A stretch of 64,000 nt of DNA, from NCBI GenBank assembly GCA_040954595.2, contig CM082590.2:2666001-2730000 (forward strand). Direction: 5' to 3'. The notes beneath the pieces are model-generated. The model was not told the DNA's origin. It made no database searches and saw nothing but the letters and a program-made list of their open reading frames with translations. Positions 15,001 to 30,000 of the stretch are shown here, in pieces. Position numbers and translations under genes: made by a program. The stretch's first letter is position 1; each line of letters opens with the position of its first letter. The DNA comes from Balanoglossus misakiensis (lineage: Eukaryota; Animalia; Hemichordata).

Positions 15001-18000
15001 ATAGTTGTAAAATTTCATGGTTGCTTCCAAATACAGCCTCGTTTATTTACCGATTTCTGTTGTGATGCGCATAACACATAGATAGGCCTATGCGCATAAG
15101 AAGTTTTCCACTAGACTCTGTAGATCGACGGATAGTTGTACAATTTCCATGGTTGCTTCCAAACAGCCTCGTTTATTTACCGATTTCTGTTGTGAGGCAC
15201 AGAACACATGATAGGCCTATGCGCATAAGACATTTTTCCACTAGACTCTGTAGATCGACGGATAGTTCTAAAATTTCCATGGTTGCTTCCAAACAGCCTC
15301 GTTTATTTACCGAATTCTGTTGTGAGGCGCAGAGCACGTAATAGGCCTATGCGCATAAGAAAGTTTTCCACCAGACTCTGTAGATCGACGGATAGTTGTA
15401 CAATTTCCATGGTTGCTTCCAAACAGCCTCGTTTATTTACCGATTTCTGTTGTGATGCGCAGAACACATAGATAGGCATATGTGCATAATAAAGTTTTCC
15501 ACTAGACTCTGTAGATCGAGAGATAGTTCTAAAATTTCCATGGTTGCTTCCAAACACAGCCTCGTTTGTTTACAAAATTCTGTTGTGATGCGCAGAACAC
15601 ATATATAGGCCTATGCGCATAATAACGTTTTCCACTAGACTCTGTAGATCGACGGATAGTTGTAAAATTTCCATGGTTGCTTCCAAACAGCCTCGTTTAT
15701 TTACCGAATTCTGTTGTGAGGCGCAGAACACATAGATAGGCATATGTGCATAAGAAAGTTTTCCACTATAGACTCTGTAGATCGAGAGATAGTTCTAAAA
15801 TGTCCATGGTTGCTTCCAAACACAGCCTCGTTTATTTACCGATTTCTGTTGTGATGCGCATAACACATAGATAGGCCTATGCGCATAAGAACGTTTTCCA
15901 CTAGACTCTGTAGATTGACGGATAGTTGTACAATTTCCATGGTTGCTTCCAAACAGCATCGTTTATTTACCGAATTCTGTTGTGAGGCGCAGAACACGTA
16001 ATAGGTCTATGCGCATAAGGAAGTTTTCCACCAGACTCTGTAGATCGACGGATAGTTGTAAAATTTCATGATTGCTTCCAAATACAGCCTCGTTTATTTA
16101 CCGATTTCTGTTGTGATGCGCATAACACATAGATAGGCCTATGCGCATAAGAACGTTTTCCACTAGACTATGTAGATCGACGGATAGTTGTACAATTTCC
16201 ATGGTTGCTTCCAAACAGCCTCGTTTATTTACCGATTTCTGTTGTGAGGCGCAGAACACATGATAGGCCTATGCGCATAAGACATTTTTCCACTAGACTC
16301 TGTAGATCGACGGATTGTTCTAAAATTTCCATGGTTGCTTCCAAACAGCCTCGTTTATTTACCGAATTCTGTTGTGAGGCGCAGAGCACGTAATAGGCCT
16401 ATGCGCATAAGAAAGTTTTCCACCAGACTCCTTAGATCGACGGATAGTTGTAAAATTTCCATGGTTGTTTCCAAACACAGCCTCGTTCATTTATAAAATT
16501 CTGTTGTGATGCGCTGAACACATACATATGCCTATGCGCATAAGAAAGTTTCCCACTAGACTCTGTAGATCGACGGATAGTTCTAAAATTTCCATGATTG
16601 CTTCCAAACACATCCTCGATTGTTTACAAAATTCTGTTGTGATGCGCAGAACACATATATAGGCCTATGCGCATATGAATGTTTTCCACTATACTCCGTA
16701 GATCGACAGATAGTTCTAAAATTTCCATTGTTGCTTCCAAACAAAGCCTCGTTTGTTTACAAAATTCTGTTGTGATGTGCATAACACATGATAGGCCTAT
16801 GCGCACATGAACGTTTTTCCACTAGACTCTGTAGATCGACGGATAGTTCTAAAATTTCCATGGTTGCTTCCAAGCACAGCCTCGTTTGTTTACAAAATTC
16901 TGTTGTGATGCGCAGAACACATATATAGGCCTATGCGCATAATAACGTTTTCCACTAGACTCTGTAGATCGACGGATAGTTGTAAAATTTCCATGGTTGC
17001 TTCCAAACAGCCTCGTTTATTTACCGAATTCTGTTGTGAGGCGCAGAACACATAGATAGGCATATGTGCATAAGAAAGTTTTCCACTATAGACTCTGTAG
17101 ATCGAGAGATAGTTCTAAAATGTCCATGGTTGCTACCAAACACAGCCTCGTTTGTTTACAAAATTCTGTTGTGATGCGCAGAACACATATATAGGCCTAT
17201 GCGCATAAGAACGTTTCCACTAGACTCTGTAGATCGACGGATAGCTGTAAAATTTCCATGGTTGCTTCCAAACAGCCTCGTTTATTTACCGATTTCTGTT
17301 GTGATGCGCAGAACACATAGATAGGCATATGTGCATAATAAAGTTTTCCACTAGACTCTGTAGATCGAGAGATAGTTCTAAAATTTCCATGGTTGCTTCC
17401 AAACACAGCCTCGTTTGTTTACAAAATTCTGTTGTGATGCGCATAACACATAGATAGGCCTATGCGCATAAGAACGTTTTCCACTAGACTCTGTAGATCG
17501 ACGGATAGTTGTACAATTTCCATGGTTGCTTCCAAACAGCCTCGTTTATTTACCGATTTCTGTTGTGAGGCACAGAACACATGATAGGCCTATGCGCATA
17601 AGACATTTTTCCACTAGACTCTGTAGATCGACGGATAGTTCTAAAATTTCCATGGTTGCTTCCAAACAGCCTCGTTTATTTACCGAATTCTGTTGTGAGG
17701 CGCAGAGCACGTAATAGGCCTGTGCGCATAAGAAAGTTTTCCACCAGACTCTGTAGATCGACGGATAGTTGTAAAATTTCCATGGTTGCTTCCAAACAGC
17801 CTCGTTTATTTACCGATTTCTGTTGTGATGCGCAGAACACATAGATAGGCATATGTGCATAATAAAGTTTTCCACTAGACTCTGTAGATCGAGAGATAGT
17901 TCTAAAATTTCCATGGTTGCTTCCAAACACAGCCTCGTTTGCTTACAAAATTCTGTTGTGATGCGCAGAACACATATATAGGCCTATGCGCATAATAACG

Positions 18001-21000
18001 TTTTCCACTAGACTCTGTAGATCGACGGATAGTTGTAAAATTTCTATGGTTGCTTCCAAACAGCCTCGTTTATTTACCGAATTCTGTTGTGAGGCGCAGA
18101 ACACATAGATAGGCATATGTGCATAAGAAAGTTTTCCACTATAGACTCTGTAGATCGAGAGATAGTTCTAAAATGTCCATGGTTGCTTCCAAACACAGCC
18201 TCGTTTGTTTACAAAATTCTGTTGTGATGCGCAGAACACATATATAGGCCTATGCGCATAATAACGTTTTCCACTAGACTCTGTAGATCGACGGATAGTT
18301 GTAAAATTTCCATGGTTGCTTCCAAACAGCCTCGTTTATTTACCGAATTCTGTTGTGAGGCGCAGAACACATAGATAGGCATATGTGCATAAGAAAGTTT
18401 TCCACTATAGACTCTGTAGATCGAGAGATAGTTCTAAAATGTCCATGGTTGCTACCAAACACAGCCTCGTTTGTTTACAAAATTCTGTTGTGATGCGCAG
18501 AACACATATATAGGCCTATGCGCATAAGAACGTTTCCACTAGACTCTGTAGATCGACGGATAGCTGTAAAATTTCCATGGTTGCTTCCAAACAGCCTCGT
18601 TTATTTACCGATTTCTGTTGTGAGGCGCAGAACACATGATAGGCCTATGCGCATGAGACATTTTTCCACTAGACTCTGTAGATCGACGGATAGTTGTAAA
18701 ATTTCATGGTTGCTTCCAAATACAGCCTCGTTTATTTAGCGATTTCTGTTGTGATGCGCATAACACATAGATAGGCCTATGCGCATATCAACGTTTTCCA
18801 CTAGACTTTGTAGATCGACGGATAGTTGTACAATGTCCATGGTTGCTTCCAAACAGCCTCGTTTATTTACCGAATTCTGTTGTGAGGCGCAGAACACGTA
18901 ATAGGTCTATGCGCATAAGGAAGTTTTTCCACCAGACTCTGTAGATCGACGGATAGTTGTAAAATTTCATGGTTGCTTCCAAATACAGCCTCGTTTATTT
19001 ACCGATTTCTGTTGTGATGCGCATAACACATAGATAGGCCTATGCGCATAAGAACGTTTTCCACTAGACTCTGTAGATCGACGGATAGTTGTACAATTTC
19101 CATGGTTGCTTCCAAACAGCCTCGTTTATTTACCGATTTCTGTTGTGAGGCACAGAACACACGATAGGCCTATGCGCATAAGACATTTTTCCACTAGACT
19201 CTGTAGATCGACGGATAGTTCTAAAATTTCCATGGTTGCTTCCAAACAGCCTCGTTTATTTACCGAATTCTGTTGTGAGGCGCAGAGCACGTAATAGGCC
19301 TATGCGCATAAGAAAGTTTTCCACCAGACTCTGTAGATCGACGGATAGTTGTAAAATTTCCATGGTTGCTTCCAAACAGCCTCGTTTATTTACCGATTTC
19401 TGTTGTGATGCGCAGAACACATAGATAGGCATATGTGCATAATAAAGTTTTCCACTAGACTCTGTAGATCGAGAGATAGTTCTAAAATTTCCATGGTTGC
19501 TTCCAAACACAGCCTCGTTTGTTTACAAAATTCTGTTGTGATGCGCAGAACACATATATAGGCCTATGCGCATAATAACGTTTTCCACTAGACTCTGTAG
19601 ATCGACGGATAGTTGTAAAATTTCCATGGTTGCTTCCAAACAGCCTCGTTTATTTACCGAATTCTGTTGTGAGGCGCAGAACACATAGATAGGCATATGT
19701 GCATAAGAAAGTTTTCCACTATAGACTCTGTAGATCGAGAGATAGTTCTAAAATGTCCATGGTTGCTACCAAACACAGCCTCGTTTGTTTACAAAATTCT
19801 GTTGTGATGCGCAGAACACATATATAGGCCTATGCGCATAAGAACGTTTCCACTAGACTCTGTAGATCGACGGATAGCTGTAAAATTTCCATGGTTGCTT
19901 CCAAACAGCCTCGTTTATTTACAGATTTCTGTTGTGAGGCGCAGAACACATGATAGGCCTATGCGCATGAGACATTTTTCCACTAGACTCTGTAGATCGA
20001 CGGATAGTTGTAAAATTTCAAGATTGCTTCCAAATACAGCCTCGTTTATTTACCGATTTCTGTTGTGATGCGCATAGATAGGCCTATGCGCATAAGAACG
20101 TTTTCCACTAGACTATGTAGATCGACGGATAGTTGTACAATTTCCATGGTTGCTTCCAAACAGCCTCGTTTATTTACCGATTTCTGTTGTGAGGCGCAGA
20201 ACACATGATAGGCCTATGCGCATAAGACATTTTTCCACTAGACTCTGTAGATCGACGGATAGTTCTAAAATTTCCATGGTTGCTTCCAAACAGCCTCGTT
20301 TATTTACCGAATTCTGTTGTGAGGCGCAGAGCACGTAATAGGCCTATGCGCATAAGAAAGTTTTCCACCAGACTCCTTAGATCGACGGATAGTTGTAAAA
20401 TTTCCATGGTTGTTTCCAAACACAGCCTCGTTCATTTATAAAATTCTGTTGTGATGCGCTGAACACATACATATGCCTATGCGCATAAGAAAGTTTCCCA
20501 CTAGACTCTGTAGATCGACGGATAGTTCTAAAATTTCCATGATTGCTTCCAAACACATCCTCGATTGTTTACAAAATTCTGTTGTGATGCGCAGAACACA
20601 TATATAGGCCTATGCGCATGTGAATGTTTTCCACTATACTCCGTAGATCGACAGATAGTTCTAAAATTTCCATTGTTGCTTCCAAACAAAGCCTCGTTTG
20701 TTTACAAAATTCTGTTGTGATGTGCATAACACATGATAGGCCTATGCGCACATGAACGTTTTTCCACTAGACTCTGTAGATCGACGGATAGTTCTAAAAT
20801 TTACATGGTTGCTTCCAAACAGCCTCGTTTATTTACCGATTTCTGTTGTGAGGCGCAGAACACGTAATAGGCCTATGCGCATAAGAAAGTTTTCCACCAG
20901 ACTCTGTAGATCGACGGATAGTTGTAAAATTTACATGGTTGCTTCCAAATACAGCCTCGTTTATTTACCGATTTCTGTTGTGATGCGCATAATACATAGA

Positions 21001-24000
21001 TAGGCCTATGTGCATAATAAAGTTTTCCACTAGACTCTGTAGATCGAGAGATAGTTCTAAAATTTCCATGGTTGTTTCCAAACACAGCCTCGTTCATTTA
21101 CAAAATTCTGTTGTGATGCGCTGAACACATACATATGCCTATGCGCATAAGAAAGTTTCCCACTAGACTCTGTAGATCGACGGATAGTTCTAAAATTTCC
21201 ATGATTGCTTCCAAACACATCCTCGATTGTTTACAAAATTCTGTTGTGATGCGCAGAACACATATATAGGCCTATGCGCATATGAACGTTTTCCACTATA
21301 CTCCGTAGATCGACGGATAGTTCTAAAATTTCCATTGTTGCTTCCAAACAGCCTCGTTTATTTACCGAATTCTGTTGTGAGGCGCAGAACACGTAATAGG
21401 CCTATGCGCATAAGAAACTTTTCAACTTTAGATCGAGAGATGGTTCTAAAATTTCCATGGTTGTTTCCAAACACAGCCTCGTTCATTTACAAAATTCTGT
21501 TGTGATGCGCTGAACACATACATATGCCTATGCGCATAAGAAAGTTTCCCACTATACTCTGTAGATCGACGGATAGTTCTAAAATTTCCATGATTGCTTC
21601 CAAACACATCCTCGATTGTTTACAAAATTCTGTTGTGATGCGCAGAACACATATATAGGCCTATGCGCATATGAACGTTTTCCACTATACTCCGTAGATC
21701 GACAGATAGTTCTAAAATTTCCAATGTTGCTTCCAAACAAAGCCTCGTTTGTTTACAAAATTATGTTGTGATGTGCATAACACATGATAGGCCTATGCGC
21801 ATATGAACGTTTTCCACTATACGCTGTAGATCGAGAGATAGTTCTAAATTTCCATGGTTGCTTCCAAACAGCCTCGTTTATTTACCGAATTCTGTTGTTA
21901 GGCGCAGAACACGTAATAGGCCTATGCGCATAAGAAAGTTTTCCACTAGACTCTGTATATCGACGGATAGTTGTAAAATTTCCATGGTTGCTTCCAAATA
22001 CAGCCTCGTTTATTTAGCGATTTCTGTTGTGATGCGCATAATACATAGATAGGCAAATGTGCATAATAAAGTTTTCCACTAGACTCTGTAGATCGAGAGA
22101 TAGTTCTAAAATTTCCATGGTTGTTTCCAAACACAGCCTCGTTCATTTACAAAATTCTGTTGTGATGTGCATAACACATGATAGGCCTATGCGCATATAA
22201 ACGTTTCCCACTATACACTGTAGATCGAGAGATAGTTCTAAAATTTCCATGGTTGTTTCCAAACACAGCCTCGTTCATTTACAAAATTCTGTTGTGATGC
22301 GCAGAACACATATATAGGCCTATGCGCATATGAACGTTTTCCACTATACTCCGTAGATCGACAGATAGTTCTAAAATTTCCAATGTTGCTTCCAAACAAA
22401 GCCTCGTTTGTTTACAAAATTATGTTGTGATGTGCATAACACATGATAGCATATGCGCATATGAACGTTTTCCACTATACTCTGTAGATCGAGAGATAGT
22501 TCTAAAATTTCCACGGTTGCTTCCAAACAAAGCCTCGTTTGTTTACAAAATTATGTTGTGATGTGCATAACACATGATAGGCCTATGCGCATATGAACGT
22601 TTTCCACTATACTCTGTAGATCGAGAGATAGTTCTAAAATTTCCACGGTTGCTTCCAAACAAAGCCTCGTTTGTTTACAAAATTCTGTTGTGATGCGCAG
22701 AACACATATATAGGCCTATGCGCATATGAACGTTTTCCACTAGACTCTGTATATCGACGGATAGTTGTAAAATTTCCATGGTTGCTTCCAAACAGCCTCG
22801 TTTATTTACCGAATTCTGTTGTGAGGCGCAGAACACATAGATAGGCATATGTGCATAAGAAAGTTTTCCACTATAGACTCTGTAGATCGAGAGATAGTTC
22901 TAAAATGTCCATGGTTGCTACCAAACACAGCCTCGTTTGTTTACAAAATTCTGTTGTGATGCGCAGAACACATATATAGGCCTATGCGCATAAGAACGTT
23001 TCCACTAGACTCTGTAGATCGACGGATAGCTGTAAAATTTCCATGGTTGCTTCCAAACAGCCTCGTTTATTTACCGATTTCTCTTGTGATGCGCAGAACA
23101 CATAGATAGGCATATGTGCATAATAAAGTTTTCCACTAGACTCTGTAGATCGAGAGATAGTTCTAAAATTTCCATGGTTGCTTCCAAACACAGCCTCGTT
23201 TGTTTACAAAATTCTGTTGTGATGCGCAGAACACATATATAGGCCTATGCGCATAATAACGTTTTCCACTAGACTCTGTAGATCGACGGATAGTTGTAAA
23301 ATTTCCATGGTTGCTTCCAAACAGCCTCGTTTATTTACCGAATTCTGTTGTGAGGCGCAGAACACATAGATAGGCATATGTGCATAAGAAAGTTTTCCAC
23401 TATAGACTCTGTAGATCGAGAGATAGTTCTAAAATGTCCATGGTTGCTTCCAAACACAGCCTCGTTTGTTTACAAAATTCTGTTGTGATGCGCAGAACAC
23501 ATATATAGGCCTATGCGCATAATAACGTTTTCCACTAGACTCTGTAGATCGACGGATAGTTGTAAAATTTCCATGGTTGCTTCCAAACAGCCTCGTTTAT
23601 TTACCGAATTCTGTTGTGAGGCGCAGAACACATAGATAGGCATATGTGCATAAGAAAGTTTTCCACTATAGACTCTGTAGATCGAGAGATAGTTCTAAAA
23701 TGTCCATGGTTGCTACCAAACACAGCCTCGTTTGTTTACAAAATTCTGTTGTGATGCGCAGAACACATATATAGGCCTATGCGCATAAGAATGTTTCCAC
23801 TAGACTCTGTAGATCGACGGATAGCTGTAAAATTTCCATGGTTGCTTCCAAACAGCCTCGTTTATTTACCGATTTCTGTTGTGAGGCGCAGAACACATGA
23901 TAGGCCTATGCGCATGAGACATTTTTCCACTAGACTCTGTAGATCGACGGATAGTTGTAAAATTTCATGGTTGCTTCCAAATACAGCCTCGTTTATTTAG

Positions 24001-27000
24001 CGATTTCTGTTGTGATGCGCATAACACATAGATAGGTCTATGCGCATAAGAACGTTTTCCACTAGACTTTGTAGATCGACGGATAGTTGTACAATGTCCA
24101 TGGTTGCTTCCAAACAGCCTCGTTTATTTACCGAATTCTGTTGTGAGGCGCAGAACACGTAATAGGTCTATGCGCATAAGGAAGTTTTCCACCAGACTCT
24201 GTAGATCGACGGATAGTTGTACAATTTCCATGGTTGCTTCCAAACAGCCTCGTTTATTTACCGATTTCTGTTGTGAGGCACAAAACACATGATAGGCCTA
24301 TGCGCATAAGACATTTTTCCACTAGACTCTGTAGATCGACGGATAGTTCTAAAATTTCCATGGTTGCTTCCAAACAGCCTCGTTTATTTACCGAATTCTG
24401 TTGTGAGGCGCAGAGCACGTAATAGGCCTATGCGCATAAGAAAGTTTTCCACCAGACTCTGTAGATCGACGGATAGTTGTAAAATTTCCATGGTTGCTTC
24501 CAAACAGCCTCGTTTATTTACCGATTTCTGTTGTGATGCGCAGAACACATAGATAGGCATATGTGCATAATAAAGTTTTCCACTAGACTCTGTAGATCGA
24601 GAGATAGTTCTAAAATTTCCATGGTTGCTTCCAAACACAGCCTCGTTTGTTTACAAAATTCTGTTGTGATGCGCAGAACACATATATAGGCCTATGCGCA
24701 TAATAACGTTTTCCACTAGACTCTGTAGATCGACGGATAGTTGTAAAATTTCCATGGTTGCTTCCAAACAGCCTCGTTTATTTACCGAATTCTGTTGTGA
24801 GGCGCAGAACACATAGATAGGCATATGTGCATAAGAAAGTTTTCCACTATAGACTCTGTAGATCGAGAGATAGTTCTAAAATGTCCATGGTTGCTTCCAA
24901 ACACAGCCTCGTTTATTTACCGATTTCTGTTGTGATGCGCATAACACATAGATAGGCCTATGCGCAAATGAACGTTTTCCACTATACTCTGTAGATCGAG
25001 AGATAGTTCTAAAATTTCCATGGTTGCTTCCAAACTCCGCTTCGTTTATTTACGGAATTCTGTTGTGAGGCGCAGAACACATGATAGGCCTATGCGCATA
25101 AGACATTTTTCCAATAGACTCTGTAGATCGACGGATAGTTCTAAAATTTCCATGGTTGCTTCCAAACAGCCTCGTTTATTTACCGAATTCTGTTGTTAGG
25201 CGCAGAACACGTAATAGGCCTATGCGCATAAGAAAGTTTTCCACCAGACTCTGTAGATCGACGGATAGTTGTAAAATTTACATGGTTGCTTCCAAATACA
25301 GCCTCGTTTATTTAGCGGTTTCTGTTGTGATGCGCATAATACATAGATAGGCCTATGCGCATAAGAACGTTTTCGACTAGACTCTGTAGATCGACGGATA
25401 GTTCTAAAATTTCCATGGTTGCTTCCAAACAGCCTCGTTTATTTACCGAATTCTGTTGTGAGGCGCAGAACACGTAATAGGCCTATGCGCATAAGAAACT
25501 TTTCCACCAGACTCTGTAGATCGACGGATAGTTGTAAAATTTCCATGGTTGTTTCCAAACAGCCTCGTTTATTTACCGAATTCTGTTGTGATGCGTAGAA
25601 CACATACATATGCCTTTGCGCATAAGAAAGTTTTCCACCAGACTCTGTAGATCGACGGATAGTTGTAAAATTTACATGGTTGCTTCCAAATACAGCCTCG
25701 TTTATTTAGCGGTTTCTGTTGTGATGCGCATAATACATAGATAGGCCTATGCGCATAAGAACGTTTTCGACTAGACTCTGTAGATCGACGGATAGTTCTA
25801 AAATTTCCATGGTTGCTTCCAAACAGCCTCGTTTATTTACCGAATTCTGTTGTGAGGCGCAGAACACGTAATAGGCCTATGCGCAAAAGAAACTTTTCCA
25901 CCAGACTCTGTAGATCGACGGATAGTTGTAAAATTTCCATGGTTGTTTCCAAACAGCCTCGTTTAATTACCGAATTCTGTTGTGATGCGTAGAACACGTA
26001 CATATGCCTTTGCGCATAAGAAATTTTTCTACTAGACTCCGTAGATCGACGGATAGTTCTAAAATTTCCATGGTTGCTTCCAAACAAAGCATCGTTTGTT
26101 TACAAAATTCTGTTGTGATGCGCAGAACACATAGAGAGGCCTATGCGCATAAGAAAGTTTTCCACTAGACTCTGTATATCGACGGATAGTTCTAAAATTT
26201 CCATGGTTGCTTCCAAACACATCCTCGTTTGTTTACAAAATTATGTTGTGATGCGCATAATACATAGATAGGCCTATGCGCATAAGAACGTTTTCCAGTA
26301 GACTCTGTAGATCGACGCATAGTTCTAAAATTTCCATGGTTGCTTCCAAACAGCCTCGTTTATTTACCGAATTCTGTTGTGATGCGTAGAATACATACAT
26401 ATGCCTATGCGCATAAGAAATTTTACCACTAGACTCCGTAGATCGACGGATAGTTCTAAAATTTCCATGGTTGCTTCCAAACAAAGCATCGTTTGTTTAC
26501 AAAATTCTGTTGTGATGCGCAGAACACATAGATAGGCCTATGCGCATATGAACGTTTTCCACTATACTCTGTAGATCGACGGATAGTTCTAAAATTTCCA
26601 TGGTTGCTTCCAAACAGCCTCGTTTATTTACAGAATTCTGTTGTGAGACGCAGAACACATACATATGCCTATGCGCATAAGAAATTTTTCCACTAGACTC
26701 CGTAGATCGACGGATAGTTCTAAAATTTCCATGGTTGCTTCCAAACAAAGCATCGTTTGTTTACAAAATTCTGTTGTGATGCGCAGAACACATAGATAGG
26801 CCTATGCGCATATGAACGTTTTCCACTATACTCTGTAGATCGACGGATAGTTCTAAAATTTCCATGGTTGCTTCCAAACAGCCTCGTTTATTTACAGAAT
26901 TCTGTTGTGAGACGCAGAACACATACATATGCCTATGCGCATAAGAAATTTTTCCACTAGACTCCGTAGATCGACGGATAGTTGTAAAATTTACACGGTT

Positions 27001-30000
27001 GCTTCCAAATACAGCCTCGTTTATTTAGCGATTTCTGTTGTGATGCGCATAATACATAGATAGGCCTATGCGCATAAGAACGTTTTTCACTAGACTCTGT
27101 AGATCGACGGATAGTTCTAAAATTTCCATGGTTGCTTCCAAACAGCCTCGTTTATTTACCGAATTCTGTTGTGAGGCGCAGAACACGTAATAGGCCTATG
27201 CGCATAAGAGACTTTTCCACCAGACTCTGTAGATCGACGGATAGTTGTAAAATTTCCATGGTTGTTTCCAAACAGCCTCGTTTATTTACCGAATTCTGTT
27301 GTGATGCGTAGAACACATACATATGCCTATGCGCATAAGAAATTTTTCCACTAGACTCCGTAGATCGACGGATAGTTCTAAAATTTCCATGGTTGCTTCC
27401 AAACAAAGCATCGTTTGTTTACAAAATTCTGTTGTGATGCGCAGAACACATAGAGAGGCCTATGCGCATATGAACGTTTTCCACTAGACTCTGTATATCG
27501 ACGGATAGTTCTAAAATTTCCATGGTTGCTTCCAAACACATCCTCGTTTGTTTACAAAATTCTCTTGTGATGCGCATAATACATAGATAGGCCTATGCGC
27601 ATAAGAACGTTTTCCACTAGACTCTGTAGATCGACGGATAGTTCTAAAATTTCCATGGTTGCTTCCAAACAGCCTCGTTTATTTACCGAATTCTCTTGTG
27701 AGGCGCAGAACACGTAATAGGCCTATGCGCATAAGAAACTTTTCCACCAGACTCGGTAGATCGACAGACAGTTGTAAAATTTCCATGGTTGTTTCCAAAC
27801 AGCCTCGTTTATTTACCGAATTCTGTTGTGATGCGTAGAACACATACATATGCCTATGCGCATAAGAAATTTTTCCACTAGACTCCGTAGATCGACGGAT
27901 AGTTCTAAAATTTCCATGGTTGCTTCCAAACAAAGCATCGTTTGTATACAAAATTCTGTTGTGATGCGCAGAACACATAGAGAGGCCTATGCGCATATGA
28001 ACGTTTTCCACTAGACTCTGTATATCGACGGATAGTTCTAAAATTTCCATGGTTGCTTCCAAACACATCCTCGTTTGTTTACAAAATTCTGTTGTGATGC
28101 GCATAATACATAGATAGGCCTATGCGCATAAGAACGTTTTCCACTAGACTCTGTAGATCGACGGATAGTTCTAAAATTTCCATGGTTGCTTCCAAACAGC
28201 CTCGTTTATTTACCGAATTCTCTTGTGAGGCGCAGAACACGTAATAGGCCTATGCGCATAAGAAACTTTTCCACCAGACTCTGTAGATCGACAGACAGTT
28301 GTAAAATTTCCATGGTTGTTTCCAAACAGCCTCGTTTATTTACCGAATTCTGTTGTGATGCGTAGAACACATACATATGCCTATGCGCATAAGAAATTTT
28401 TCCACTAGACTCCGTAGATCGACGGATAGTTCGAAAATTTCCATGGTTGCTTCCAAACAAAGCATCGTTTGTATACAAAATTCTGTTGTGATGTGCAGAA
28501 CAAATAGAGAGGCCTATGCGCATAAGAACGTTTTCCACTAGACTCTGTATATCGACGGATAGTTCTAAAATTTCCATGGTTGCTTCCAAGCACATCCTCG
28601 TTTGTTTACAAAATTATGTTGTGATGCGCAGAACACATAGATAGGCCTATGCGCATTGGAAAGTTTTCCACTAGACTCCGTAGATCGACGGATAGTTCTA
28701 AAATTTCCATGGTTGCTTCCAAACACATCCTCGTTTGTTTACAAAATTCTGTTGTGATGCGCAGAACACATAGATAGGCCTATGCGCATCGGAAAGTTTT
28801 CCACTAGACTCCGTAGATGGACGGATAGTTCTAAAATTTCCATGGTTGCTTCCAAACACATCCTCGTTTGTTTACAAAAATCTGTTGTGATGCGCAGAAC
28901 ACATAGATAGGCCTATGTGCATATGAACGTTTTCCACTATACTCCGTAGATCGACGGATAGTTCTAAAATTTCCATGGTTGCTTCCAAACAGCCTCGTTT
29001 ATTTACCGAATTCTGTTGTGAGACGCAGAACACATACATATGCCTATGCGCATAAGAAATTTTTCCACTAGACTCCGTAGATCGACGTATAGTTGTAAAA
29101 TTTACTTTGTTGCTTCCAAATACAGCCTCGTTTATTTAGATAGGCCTATGCGCATAAGAACGTTTTCCACTAGACTCTGTAGATCGACGGATAGTTCTAA
29201 AATTTCCATGGTTGCTTCCAAACAGCCTCGTTTATTTACCGAATTCTGTTGTGAGGCGCAGAACACGTAATAGGCCTATGCGCATAAGAAACTTTTCCAC
29301 CAGACTCTGTAGATCGACGGATAGTTGTAAAATTTCCATGGTTGTTTCCAAACAGCCTCGTTTATTTACCGAATTCTGTTGTGATGCGTAGAACACATAC
29401 ATATGCCTATGCGCATAAGAAATTTTTCCACTAGACTCCGTAGATCGACGGATAGTTCTAAAATTTCCATGATTGCTTCCAAACAAAGCATCGTTTGTTT
29501 ACAAAATTCTGTTGTGATGCGCAGAACACATAGAGAGGCCTATGCGCATAAGAACGTTTTCCACTAGACTCTGTATATCGACGGATAGTTCTAAAATTTC
29601 CATGGTTGCTTCCAAACACATCCTCGTTTGTTTACAAAATTCTGTTGTGATGCGCATAATACATAGATAGGCCTATGCGCATAAGAACGTTTTCCACTAG
29701 ACTCTGTAGATCGACGGATAGTTCTAAAATTTCCATGGTTGCTTCCAAACAGCCTCGTTTATTTACCGAATTCTGTTGTGAGGCGCAGAACACGTAATAG
29801 GCCTATGCGCATAAGAAACTTTTCCACCAGACTCTGTAGATCGACGGACAGTTGTAAAATTTCCATGGTTGTTTCCAAACAGCCTCGTTTATTTACCGAA
29901 TTATGTTGTGATGCGTAGAACACATACATATGCCTATGCGCATAAGAAATTTTTCCACTAGACTCCGTAGATCGACGGATAGTTCTAAAATTTCCATGGT